Below, in pieces: positions 53,729 to 64,000 of a stretch of 64,000 nucleotides of DNA (position 1 is the stretch's first letter; each line of letters opens with the position of its first letter). The notes beneath the pieces are model-generated. The model had not been told where the DNA came from. It did not search any database and saw only the letters and a program-made list of their open reading frames with translations. The stretch is from assembly GCA_964016885.1 (NCBI GenBank), contig OZ024741.1, positions 337,466,001-337,530,000 on the forward strand, given 5' to 3'. Made by a program: the position numbers and the translations under genes. Source of the stretch: Eledone cirrhosa (taxonomy: Eukaryota).

Positions 53729-54299
53729 GGTGGTGGTGGTGGTGGTGGTGGTGGTGGCGGTGGAAGTAGCAGTAGTAGAGTAGTGGTGGTGGGGGTGGGG
53801 GGTCATCAAGTAAAAAAAAGAAAGGGGACATCACCCAAGGTAAAACCAGTAAGAATAACATACAATACAGCAATTGTAATAAATAGTGATGATAACAATA
53901 TAAAACAATAACAAATGTCAACTAGTAACAGTCCCCTCAATAGAAAAAGGAGAATACACTTTAGGGAAATTCCAGAGAAAAAACCCTACACAAATCTCCA
54001 GATTACTCTGTTGCCTCATGGGCATTGAAAGGGACCTCTCCTATAGTCTCTTACCTCCTACATAGTAAAGCATAGTCAAAGTAGGCCTCTTCAAACCTTG
54101 GACACCATGCTTCATGCCATAGAGTTATGGCCCTTTACGTTCTGAGTTCAAATCCCGCTGAGGTTAACTTTGCCTTTCATCCTTACGGGGTTGATATAAT
54201 AAAGTACCAGTAAGGCACTGGGGTCGATTTAATCGACTTTCCCCCTTTCCCCAAATTGCTGGCCTTGTGCCTATAGTAGAAATCATTATTATTATTTGA

Positions 54300-54612
54300 A
54301 ACTTTCTTTCAATTCTGCTTCTTTTCCCATGTGTCATCCTGACAACTAAGGCAAAATTTAGTAATGCACACCTTTTACAATACAAATGATGCCAAAGGGG
54401 TATAATCAACAGTAAATATCTTCTTTGGAAGGTGTTTGAATTAAAAATGTTGTCCTCCTCAGGACATATACAGTGCCAGTCAGCACTATTTTCTGTATCT
54501 CTTGCAAAGATGGCTTTCCAGGTATCTGATCCAAATATTTTTCAATTCTTTTTTTTAGTGCACCGACTATCACTTGTATTGTACAAGCTTTAAGGTGCCA
54601 CATTTTCTCAAT
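54300..54612 (-). mobile_element. R4-like (restriction-like endonuclease) LINE 3' fragment
   Basis: MWHLKACTIQVIVGAL...IQKIVLTGTVYVLRR. Confidence 0.65.
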
Positions 54613-55234
54613 TCATTATCTATCTATGTACTACTAAAACTTTATTTTTGTTTGTTTGTTTGCTTGGTTGCTTGTCTGTAATGTAATACAGGCAAAAGGG
54701 CACATAATGGGAAAATACTTTGAAAGGAAGTTGACCCTGAAATGAGAATACAAATGGAATAACACAAGTTTTGCGTAAATCGGAGCACGGGTCCCCGAGA
54801 TATGGGGTTTTTCCGGGTAACTTCATAAACAGAGAGAGAGAGGGAGAGAGAGAGAGAGATAGAGAGAAAGAGATAGTGGTTATGAGAGAGTAGATTGAAA
54901 GAGAGACATAGAGAGAGGGAGAGGAGACAGAGAAGGTGACTGGAAGAGAGAGAGATAGAGAGCTGGTGTTGTTGTTGTGTATATATATATGTGTGTGTGT
55001 GTCTATGACCAGTGTATATAGATCACAGACACCCACATATATATATATGTATACACACACACACGCATTTATATATATATACGCACATGTATATATATGG
55101 GCCTTACGGTTTTATTTCACATTATATATTTGTCTGTGTATATTTTAATTATTTAAAAGTTATTTTTAAGTGAACATGATTTTTTTTAATATTTTGAACT
55201 AAACGTGACACACTGAGTCACAGGTGGTCTAGTT

Positions 55235-56110
55235 ACTATTATTATTGTGTTATTCCATTTAGATCTGTTCTGTTTCTCTATTGCTGGGTTCAGGCCTTGA
55301 ACTTAGGGCAATAGTGGTTTTCATTGTCGAGAGAGAACTCGTCTGAGTATGTGTACTGTTCCTAGTAGCCTTATCTTCTATAACACATATTTGCTGATCT
55401 TCCAGGGAAAGACACTAAGGTGCAAGTCTGATGATTTAGGTATTGATCCTAATTCTCCTATTACCACAGGAATAGTGTTTGTGGTCATCCTCCACATGTG
55501 GTTGATCTCTATTTCCAGGTCTTTGTATTTTGACAGTTTTTCCATTGTTTTTATAGATGTGTTCTTGTCAGCTGGTACGGAAATATCTATAAGGTTACAT
55601 GTCCAATCTCTTTTGTCTTTTATGATGATATCTGGTCTGTTGGCAGTGATTTCTCGGTTGGTTATCACAGGCATATCCAACAATATGGATATGTTGTCAT
55701 TTTCCATGACTGTTTTTGATTGATGTTCATACCATTTGTCAGAGATGTGGGTGTCATGAGAGCGGCAGAGCATCCAGTGCACATATTTGGCAATGTGGTT
55801 GTGTCTTTCTATATAATCAGATTTTGCCAACTCAGTACACCCAGAGATAACATGAGCTACCATTTCTTTGTATTTGTAGCATCATCTCAAATATTCAGTT
55901 CCTCTTCTTCCTGTTGGATTCCATTATTTTCCATACTCTCATCTCTATTTGAATCTCCAACATCTTGAACTTCTATATCCTCCATAACCTCCTGGCTTAT
56001 CTTTTTCTTTATCATTTCAATCTCAGATAGCCATCCATTTTTGTGTATTGCTCTTGCCTGATAACAAATCCTTTCTTCAGTTACTTCAAAGAGCCCATCT
56101 CCTGCCATAC
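55235..56110 (-). mobile_element. R4-like LINE remnant lacking RT
   Basis: HVISGC..YIERHN, RPDIII..IDISVP..KLSKYKDL, plus N-terminal-like [21 protein letters not shown]. Confidence 0.75.
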
Positions 56111-57609
56111 TCATAACATCCTTTGTCTATATCCTCTAATTGGCACACCATTTTCATTTACAGGCTTCTTCTAAAATAACACTCCATAACAGCCTTGTTT
56201 ACCTCCTTACTCTACTTCATTCTAACAGTGTCATGATGACAACCAGGCCTGTGTATGGGGCAACCATCAATTTGCCAAGGGGCAATATCTGGACTTTTGA
56301 ATCAGAGCAAACTGAAATTTTTTTCAGAAACCAAAACAGTAACAGGATGTTGGGATGTCATAGCAGTTGAATTTTGAATGGAGGCAACTTTAAAGCAAAA
56401 CATCACCACAATCACAATGAATACCAGTAGCGACAAAAAGCAAAACAACAGCACCACCAACACCATCAACATTACCAACAACATCATCAACACAATTACC
56501 AACACCAACACCACCATCATCACCACAGCAACATGTCTACCACCACCAGCACCACGAACATCAACACCATCACCACCAACACCAACGACATCATCACCAC
56601 AACAACATGACCACAACCACCAGTACCACCAATATCAACATCATCATCACCAACACCCATGCCATCACCCACAATATCAACAACAACACAAACACCACCA
56701 TCACCCACTACCATCAACAACAACACAAACACCATTACTGCCATCGCAACCACTATCAACATCACCACAATCATCAACATCACCACCACCAACATCATCA
56801 CTACCAACAACAATTCCAAGACCATCACCACTAACAACAATATTAACACAACCAACACCATCGCCGCCACCACCACCACCACCATCATTAAGTTAAAGTT
56901 ACTGTCTTGACTTAAACTACCAAACTAAATAGTTCTATAGTTCTGTTGTGTCATATACTTTCTGTTCATTGTGTTTTTTCCTGCTTATCTTTCTACCACC
57001 ACCACTACCTCCACCACCACCACCTTATACTTTTTCTAGAAGCATTTATCAGTAAGATACCAACAATATGACAACTACTACTACTACTACACTACAACCA
57101 CTACCACCACCACCACCACCATCACCACCACCACCACCACCTCAACCACCACCACCACCACCATCACCACCACCACCACCACCTCAACCACCACCATCAC
57201 CACCACCACCACCACCACCATCACCCCCCACCACCACACCACCATCACCACAGTCATCACCACCACAACCACCTTCTACATTTTCTAGAAGAACTTATCA
57301 GTAAGATCATTTCCTGTAATCAGAGCTGATGATGTAGTTTTTCACCTCACTTCCTGCATATAAAAATGTACTTCACCTGTCCCTAATATCATCATTAATA
57401 ATGGCTACACAGTTATTGTTTCTTTTTTCTTTCTTCTTATCTCAGTCCCTTTTCATACGGAACTTACTTCTGATTCCTTCATACAAAACTGTTTATTTTG
57501 AAAGTAGAATAAGAAGCTTTCACAATATATTAACTACAGAATATAGTCTAATACAGTGTTTCTCAACTTGTTTACAACACAACACAAACTTCTAAAAAAG
57601 ACCATATGT

Positions 57610-58390
57610 CATCATCAACATTATCATCATCATCACCGTTTTACGTTCATTCTTCCACGCTAGTATGGGTTAGATGGGTTGTCCTGTTGTGGGCAATGCC
57701 AAGTCGAGTGACCTTGTCATTCTCATACAGGAACTGATTTCTACAGCAGGATGCCCTTCATAACACCAATCTCATTTACAGTGAGTACTGGGTGCTTTTT
57801 TACTGTGGTGCCTTTACCCATCACTTTACAGTGTGGACTGGGTGCTTTTTTGTTGTGACACCTCCATGACCACTTTGCAGTGGGAGGGGGTGGGGCATAT
57901 TGTCTATATGCTTCAGCCTCTGCTTGTACCCGTGGGAAGTCGGGTCTTCTGTATTACTGGGTAACGCCAGAGGTCCCAGTCCTGTGTCATCATCGCCTTT
58001 GAGAGGTACAATTGGCAAGGTCAGCTTTTATCACCTCATACCAGGTCTTCTTAGGTCTCCCCACTCCAAGACTTCCATCGACTTTTAGTACTCTACACCC
58101 TTTTATGCAGCTGTCATCCTTTATACGCATCACATGTCCATACCAACACAACCTCCTTTCCTGCACACAGCATTTGATTCCTCTTATGCTCAGTCTCTCT
58201 CTCAATTCGTTTATGCTTTGCCGTTTGCATATATTACTATTACACATCCATCGGAGCATGCAAGCTTCGTTTCTTTCTAATCTACACAAGTCTTCTACAC
58301 AGCGCCCAAGTCTTACTACCATGTAACATTGCTGTTCGTATGCATGCATCATACAGTCTGCCTTTCATTTTGAGGGAAAAGCCTTTTGCT
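57610..58390 (-). mobile_element. RTE 3' fragment
   Basis: RLYDACIRTAMLHGS, RLCWYGHVMR, GRPKKTW and a (GAT)n tail. Confidence 0.85.
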
Positions 58391-58813
58391 GTTTGTGTAT
58401 GTGTGTATTTTACTAACATCATAGTAAAGGGTAATAATTTTAAATAATAACCAAGGATTTTCCAACAATATGCCATATATATATATATAGTAAAATTACG
58501 AATATAAAATTAAACAAAAATGACTCAGAAATACATTAGCTTATTTATCACTGTTTCTCATGGAACCCTAGGGTTTCGGGAAACACTGGTGGAGAAATGC
58601 TAGTCCAATATTTAGGCATATGAACCACCATAATGAAAAAGAGGTGTGGGTTCGATTTCTATGCATGCTAATGCCCATTTTTTCCATTTTGAGGGTTCAT
58701 AACCCCTAATATTAGTCTATTTTCTCTAGTCAATATACAATGAAAGCTAATTTTATTTTCAAAATTTTCCATTGCCATCATATCCTAAAACTGCTTATTT
58801 TTAAATCTTTATA

Positions 58814-59146
58814 CAGTGGAACCTTGGTTCACAAATTAATTCGTTCCTGAAGGCTTTCATCACTCAAAATGTTTGTAAACTGAAACTATTTGTCCCATAC
58901 AAAATGTTGAGAGAGATATACAGTGAGAGAGAGAGAGACTGTGTGTAAATTATATAGATATCACTATAGTAACTACACAAGTGATGCTTTCCTACCAATA
59001 CTCCAAGCATGTTGCCAACTAATGTTGCCAGATTGTGTTTGTTTCTTGAGACAGCATTCGTGAACCGAGGCATTTTATGTTCAGAGAAATTGTTTGTGAA
59101 CCGATTTATTCATGATGAAAGGTATTTATGAACTAAGATGCTATTA
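58814..59146. mobile_element. pogo/Tigger-like MITE (family of 46341-46734, opposite orientation)
   Basis: TA|cagtggaaccttggttcac start; body homologous to the 46341 copy. Confidence 0.7.
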
Positions 59147-59225
59147 TACTTACTGTATTTCCCGATGTCACAGATACTACTTCTTTCCTAAAATAAATCT
59201 CAAACCTACCATGCATATATATATA

Positions 59226-59570
59226 TGGTAGAGGCACATGGCTTAGTGGTTAGAACATTGGCCTTGCAATCGTAAGGTTGTGAGTTCACTTCTCAGAACG
59301 GGGGATGTGTTGTTTCCTTGAGCAAGACACTTTATTTCACATTGCTCCAGTTTACTCAGCTGTAGAAATGAGATGATAAGGACTGGGGTCCAAATCATTC
59401 CACTGCAAAAGTGGTCGTGGAGGTGCCATGGCAAAATAGCACCCAGCACTCACTGTAAATGAGCTTGGTGTTAGGAAGGGCATCCAGCTGTAGAAATCAA
59501 GCCAGCATCAGTTCCCGTCCCACCCTTGCAAGCAGGGAAAAAGCAGACGTAAAATGAAATGATGATGATG
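59226..59570 (+). mobile_element. SINE (family of 10286-10623)
   Basis: Full tRNA head, core and (GAT)n tail. Confidence 0.85.
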
Positions 59571-60364
59571 AAATGATATATATATATATATATATACTGT
59601 ATTTCCTGTCGTCAAAATTTTTGTTTGTCAAAATTAGGGTGCGTCCTTGAGGACGAAGCATCTTCAGCGCCGGGAAATACGGTATCTAGTGGCAAGTTGG
59701 TAAAATTGTAAGAATGATGTATAGAATACTTTGCAGCATTCATTCTGGCTCTCTGCACTCTGAGTTCAAATCTTGCCTCAGTTAACTTAGCTATTTATCC
59801 TTTTGATGTTGATAAAAGAATTACCATTCCAGTACTGGTGTCAATTCTTCCCCTCTCTCTCTCTCTCTTTCCCTCACTTGAATAAATTGACTGTTTTCAC
59901 ACCTGGGAACATATGGGCTGTACAAAATTTAAACACCCAAAACAGTCCATATATCACCACAACATTCCTACAACTCCATCAGAAGTTAAGAGTCCACACA
60001 CAAATACTTATCTAAAAAAAACTTTCCATTATAATTTTATGTGAGAACCTTTGTTAAGTTATGTTCCAAATATCAATGTAATAATGGCACAAGGCCAATA
60101 AATTTGGGGGAGGGAAAATCAATTAAATCAATCCCAGTACATTACTGGTGCTTTATTTTATCGGCCCCATAAGGATGAAAGACAAAACTGACCTTGATGG
60201 GACTTTAAATCAGAACATAAAGGTCCATAACTCTATGTTGCAAAGCATGTTGTCTAACACTCTGCTGATACTGCTAATCTACCACCCTTTAATCTACCAG
60301 TTTAATAATGAGAAAGTGTTATATTACTAAATCCCTCAAAATGTTTTATTATTTTCAAAAAAGC

Positions 60365-60835
60365 TCTCAGCCCACACTGTAAAGTGGTTGTGTAGGTGTC
60401 ACAACAAAAAGTACCCAGCCCACACTGTAAAGTAGTTGTATAGGTGTCACAGCAAAAAGCCCCCAGTCCACACTGTAAAGAGGCTTTGTAGGTGTCACAG
60501 CAAAAATCACCCAGCCCACACTGTAAAGTGGTTGTGTAGGTGTCATGACAAAAATCACCCAGCCCACAATGTAAAGTGGTTGTGTAGGTGTTATGGCAAA
60601 AAGCACTAAGCCCACACTGTAAAGTGGTTGTGTAGGTCACGACAAAAAGCACCCAGTACTCACTGTAAATGATGTTGGCATTAGGAAGGGTATCCAGCTG
60701 TAGAAACGAAGCCAAAATCAGTTCTGTATGAGCTAGACATGGTCACCTGGCCTAGCATTGTCCACAACAGGACAACTCATCTAACTCATACTAGTGTGGA
60801 ATAATGGACATAAAACCTTGATGATGATAATGATG
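60365..60835 (+). mobile_element. RTE/SINE 3' tail with ~7 tandem ~41-bp units
   Basis: Repeated cccacactgtaaagtggttgtgtaggtgtcac units, then the shared tail and (GAT)n. Confidence 0.75.
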
Positions 60836-61826
60836 AAATACATTGGTAATTATTCTCATTAGAAATAAGGTAATAATACCATATTAAAACAATTTTGTTG
60901 TTACAAGGAATATATTCATAATTGAAATAATTTTAGTAAATCCCTCCAAATTCTTCATTGATTAATTCAGATAGTGTTCAACCCTTACTAGTAGGGAAAA
61001 GTGGATGCTAAACGATAATGTTGATAAAGGTGTTAGTTTTAGTAGTAGTGGTGTTGGTGGTGGCAGTAGAAGTATTGGTTTTAGTAGTGGTAGTGGTGAT
61101 GGTAGTGGCGTTGGTTTTGGTAATGGTGGTGGTAGTGGTGGTGGTGGTGGTGGTGCTGGTGCTGGTGGTGGTGCTGGTGGTAGTACTCGCTTTGGTTTTG
61201 GTAGTGGTGGTGTTGGTGGTAATGGTAGTGGCATTGGTATCAGTAGTGGTGGTGATGGTGGTGGTAGTAGTCGCTTTGGTTTCGGTAGTGGTGGAGATAA
61301 TGGTAGTGGCATTGGTTTTGATGGTGCAGGTGGTAGTGGTGGTAGTTAGGATGGTGGTGATGGTGATGATGAGGATGAGTAAATTTTAACAGAAATATAG
61401 TAATGCAAAGGATAAGGTTAAAGCAACAGCAGCAGCAACAACAGCGGCAGCTGCAGCAGCAGAGATTTTAAGCCAATAATGTATCGTTAGTTGGTGATTT
61501 GGGGGTGGTAGTGGTCGTGATAACAATGATGATGATGGTAATGATGATGATGATGAGGAGGAGGATGGTGATGATGGCATTAATTATTGCTTGATCAGAA
61601 ATATTTTGTAAAGTAGATAGCAAAGTTATATCATGGAAAGCTTCAATTTAATCAGCGGCATATAAAGTTTACAGGCACACACAAATATATGTTTTTATAT
61701 ATACATATTGTTATACTTTGGTATGCTGCTAATAAAAAACACATGCACCTATTGGTTTTCATTTCAATTTATTATGAATTTCCAATTGTTTAGTATAATA
61801 ACTAGATGGTTGTTTATTTGTTTATT

Positions 61827-61869
61827 GTCAAAGCTCTTTCGTCGCACATTCTATGGCCTCCTCAGTGAC
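61827..61869 (-). ncRNA. Degenerate minimal hammerhead downstream of a Penelope-like element
   Basis: Minus strand: gtca CTGAGGA ggccatagaatgtgcgac GAAA gagc TT tgac; stem II is damaged. Confidence 0.45.
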
Positions 61870-62049
61870 TAATGTGGCATTTTGTGTCTCTCCTTTGTTC
61901 TGTCTACACCATCTTATTTTTGTGAGCTGTGTGCTGTGTACTTGGTTTACGCATGCATTATATCTGGATGTGTGTTTATTTACTTCAAGCAGGGAAAAGC
62001 GGCCGTAAAATGATGATGATAATGATGATGATGATGATTATACGTTTAT

Positions 62050-64000
62050 TTACCTTTCACTAGTTGGTTGCTTGTTCTATCTGTGTGTGTCTGGTTTGTT
62101 TTATTAGTTTGGTTCTTGTGTCTCTGTATGTCTTTATCTTGTCCTTAATTATAGTTGTGATGTTGTTGCTATTCCACTTACGTTTTCTGTTTAATTTTGG
62201 TTGGAGTTCGTTGAAGTTTGTCGCTTCTGTAATCTATCAGAGTATTGAGTCTTTCTGTGTGTGGATATGATTTTTATTTCTATGTTCTCTAGTCTTCCCC
62301 TATGTTCCATTTTGGCATGTTGGTGGAGTTCTTCTTATCTTGGAGTTCTTGCCAGTGTTCATTTATACTTTCTCATATGATACGGGCTGTCTCAGCTATA
62401 TAAGTTGTGTTCCTATTCCTACACTGTCCCTCCATACATCTTATGCTATATACTACGTTCCTTGTTTTGCAGTTAATTTGGGCTTACTTTTCAGACTATA
62501 CATTTCCTATCAGTGCTAGGGTTCTTTTCAAAAGGATATATTCTGCTAATTAGGGCTTTTATGGGAATACCTGGTTTTTCAACTATCTTAATTTTAGTTT
62601 GTCTAGAGCCCTTCTAAATCTGTAAGCTAATTCTCTTCTGGGAGTTGCAGTGACGAACAGTACACTCTGGTGTTTATTGCTGTCATACCACAAGTTGACT
62701 TTATTAATCTTTTTCTTAGTTCTTTCTATCTTATTCCAAAATTTATTTCTATACATGGGGCAAGTTCTATTTGCATTATTTTCTACAATCTTCATCCATT
62801 TGGCCCTGGCTCCTTTATACACCCTGATCCTGTCTCTCAAATTATAGCCAGAGGACTGTATGTAGTGGATGAAGTGTTGTATGTATCTCTCTAATTCATT
62901 AGGATTACATATGTGAGACAGATTCTTCATCACTCTTACTAAATCTGCAATATGTTAACTTTCATTTATCCGAAATGGTTTCTAACAGAGTTCTGTGTCT
63001 AGTACTGGTAATATATGGATGGGATGTTTAGTTAGGTAGTCTATGGAAACTTTAATGTTCTGGTGGATGGAGTTAGCTAATTTATGGATGCTTTCCATGG
63101 TGTTCCTTTCTAATTCCTGACCGTTCTCCTGCAGGAGTGATTTCATTACGATGTTTATGTCATTTACGTAGCAGGAATATATAGTCAGGGTTATAGAGTT
63201 CTCATGTAAGTGTTCCTTAAGTCTCCTGTCCCACCATACCATAAAGAGTTTAGCTATGTCGCCAGCAATTCTGACACCAATGGCATCTCTCTTCTCTTGG
63301 GCTTATGTTTTGCCATTGAACTTAAATATATGTTTCTTAAGGGTTAGTTTTATACTGGCCCCCACTGCATATGCAGTCATTTTCTTTACTTAGTCGTTGT
63401 TTTCAGGGGTCCGTATGGCTCTGGTCCACCCGCTCCATCTTTCTGTGTGGGTTCTTAGCCATTGAGGTAATGGTAGGTGGTCTGCCTCCCACTGGCCTTG
63501 TGGGACATAGGTTGCTATGGTCATGTATCTAAATAATCCTTATCCGGTGTAAGTCTAAGTAGGAGCCCAGCTCACAGGTATCAATCCCATGGAAATCCAC
63601 ATCACACTCGCTGATCATCTCTATGCATTTTTCCACAGTAAAATCAACATTGCTAGATGGGTATGGGGACACAACATCCATACTACCTATTGTACAGACT
63701 ATCAGGTCCCCAGATAGGTTGCATTTGTTGATTCTGCAGAGGAGGTCTTCTGTACTGTCAGATATGTCTGGGGACATTTCGATTACGGGGTATATGATCA
63801 TGGACTGGAGCTAGGAGAGTCTCTAGTTATTGGGAATGTTGGTTCCACAGACAGGTTGTGTTGACTGAGTCACTATTTGCTTTGTGGTCTTTGTGAAGCA
63901 CATGCAGCATCAGTACATCGTTGTTCCAGGCATGGAAGTTGTTGGCTATACGCTTGTTAGATTGCATTAGGCTAGACCACATCATGATGTGAACATTGAG
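62050..64000 (-). mobile_element. Degenerate Penelope-like element (RT plus GIY-YIG endonuclease), continuing beyond the window
   Basis: IGSMDVVSPYPS (motif A), YSCYVNDI (YVDD-like), LPVLDT, LWY..SVLFVTATP, and NVVYSIRC..C....TYIAETAR (GIY-YIG) near 62380-62460. Many stops. Confidence 0.8.

Overview
AT-rich, microsatellite-dense animal genomic DNA, most likely an octopus or other coleoid cephalopod. This is an inference from the protocadherin architecture and the repeat landscape. One host gene is visible: a six-cadherin-repeat protocadherin whose large coding exon (15354-17729, +) is followed by a GT donor and ~46 kb of repeat-filled sequence with no confidently identified next exon. The rest is mobile-element debris: a near-intact L1/Tx1-clade LINE at the left edge, CRE-, RTE-, R4- and Penelope-like retroelement remnants, several SINE families, a non-autonomous Helitron, and mariner/pogo-like DNA elements. 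The most notable unannotated signal is a set of type I hammerhead-ribozyme motifs. A 310-bp tandem array (38577-39901; about 3.3 direct copies plus one inverted copy) carries one minimal hammerhead per unit, the layout of a retrozyme or Penelope-type pseudo-LTR array. About six further unrelated hammerhead-like motifs are scattered through (TA)n tracts, including a palindromic pair with stem covariation and a U3-A8 core variant. Many inverted repeats that could form dsRNA are also present. All assignments come from reading the sequence by eye; no searches or folding programs were run.
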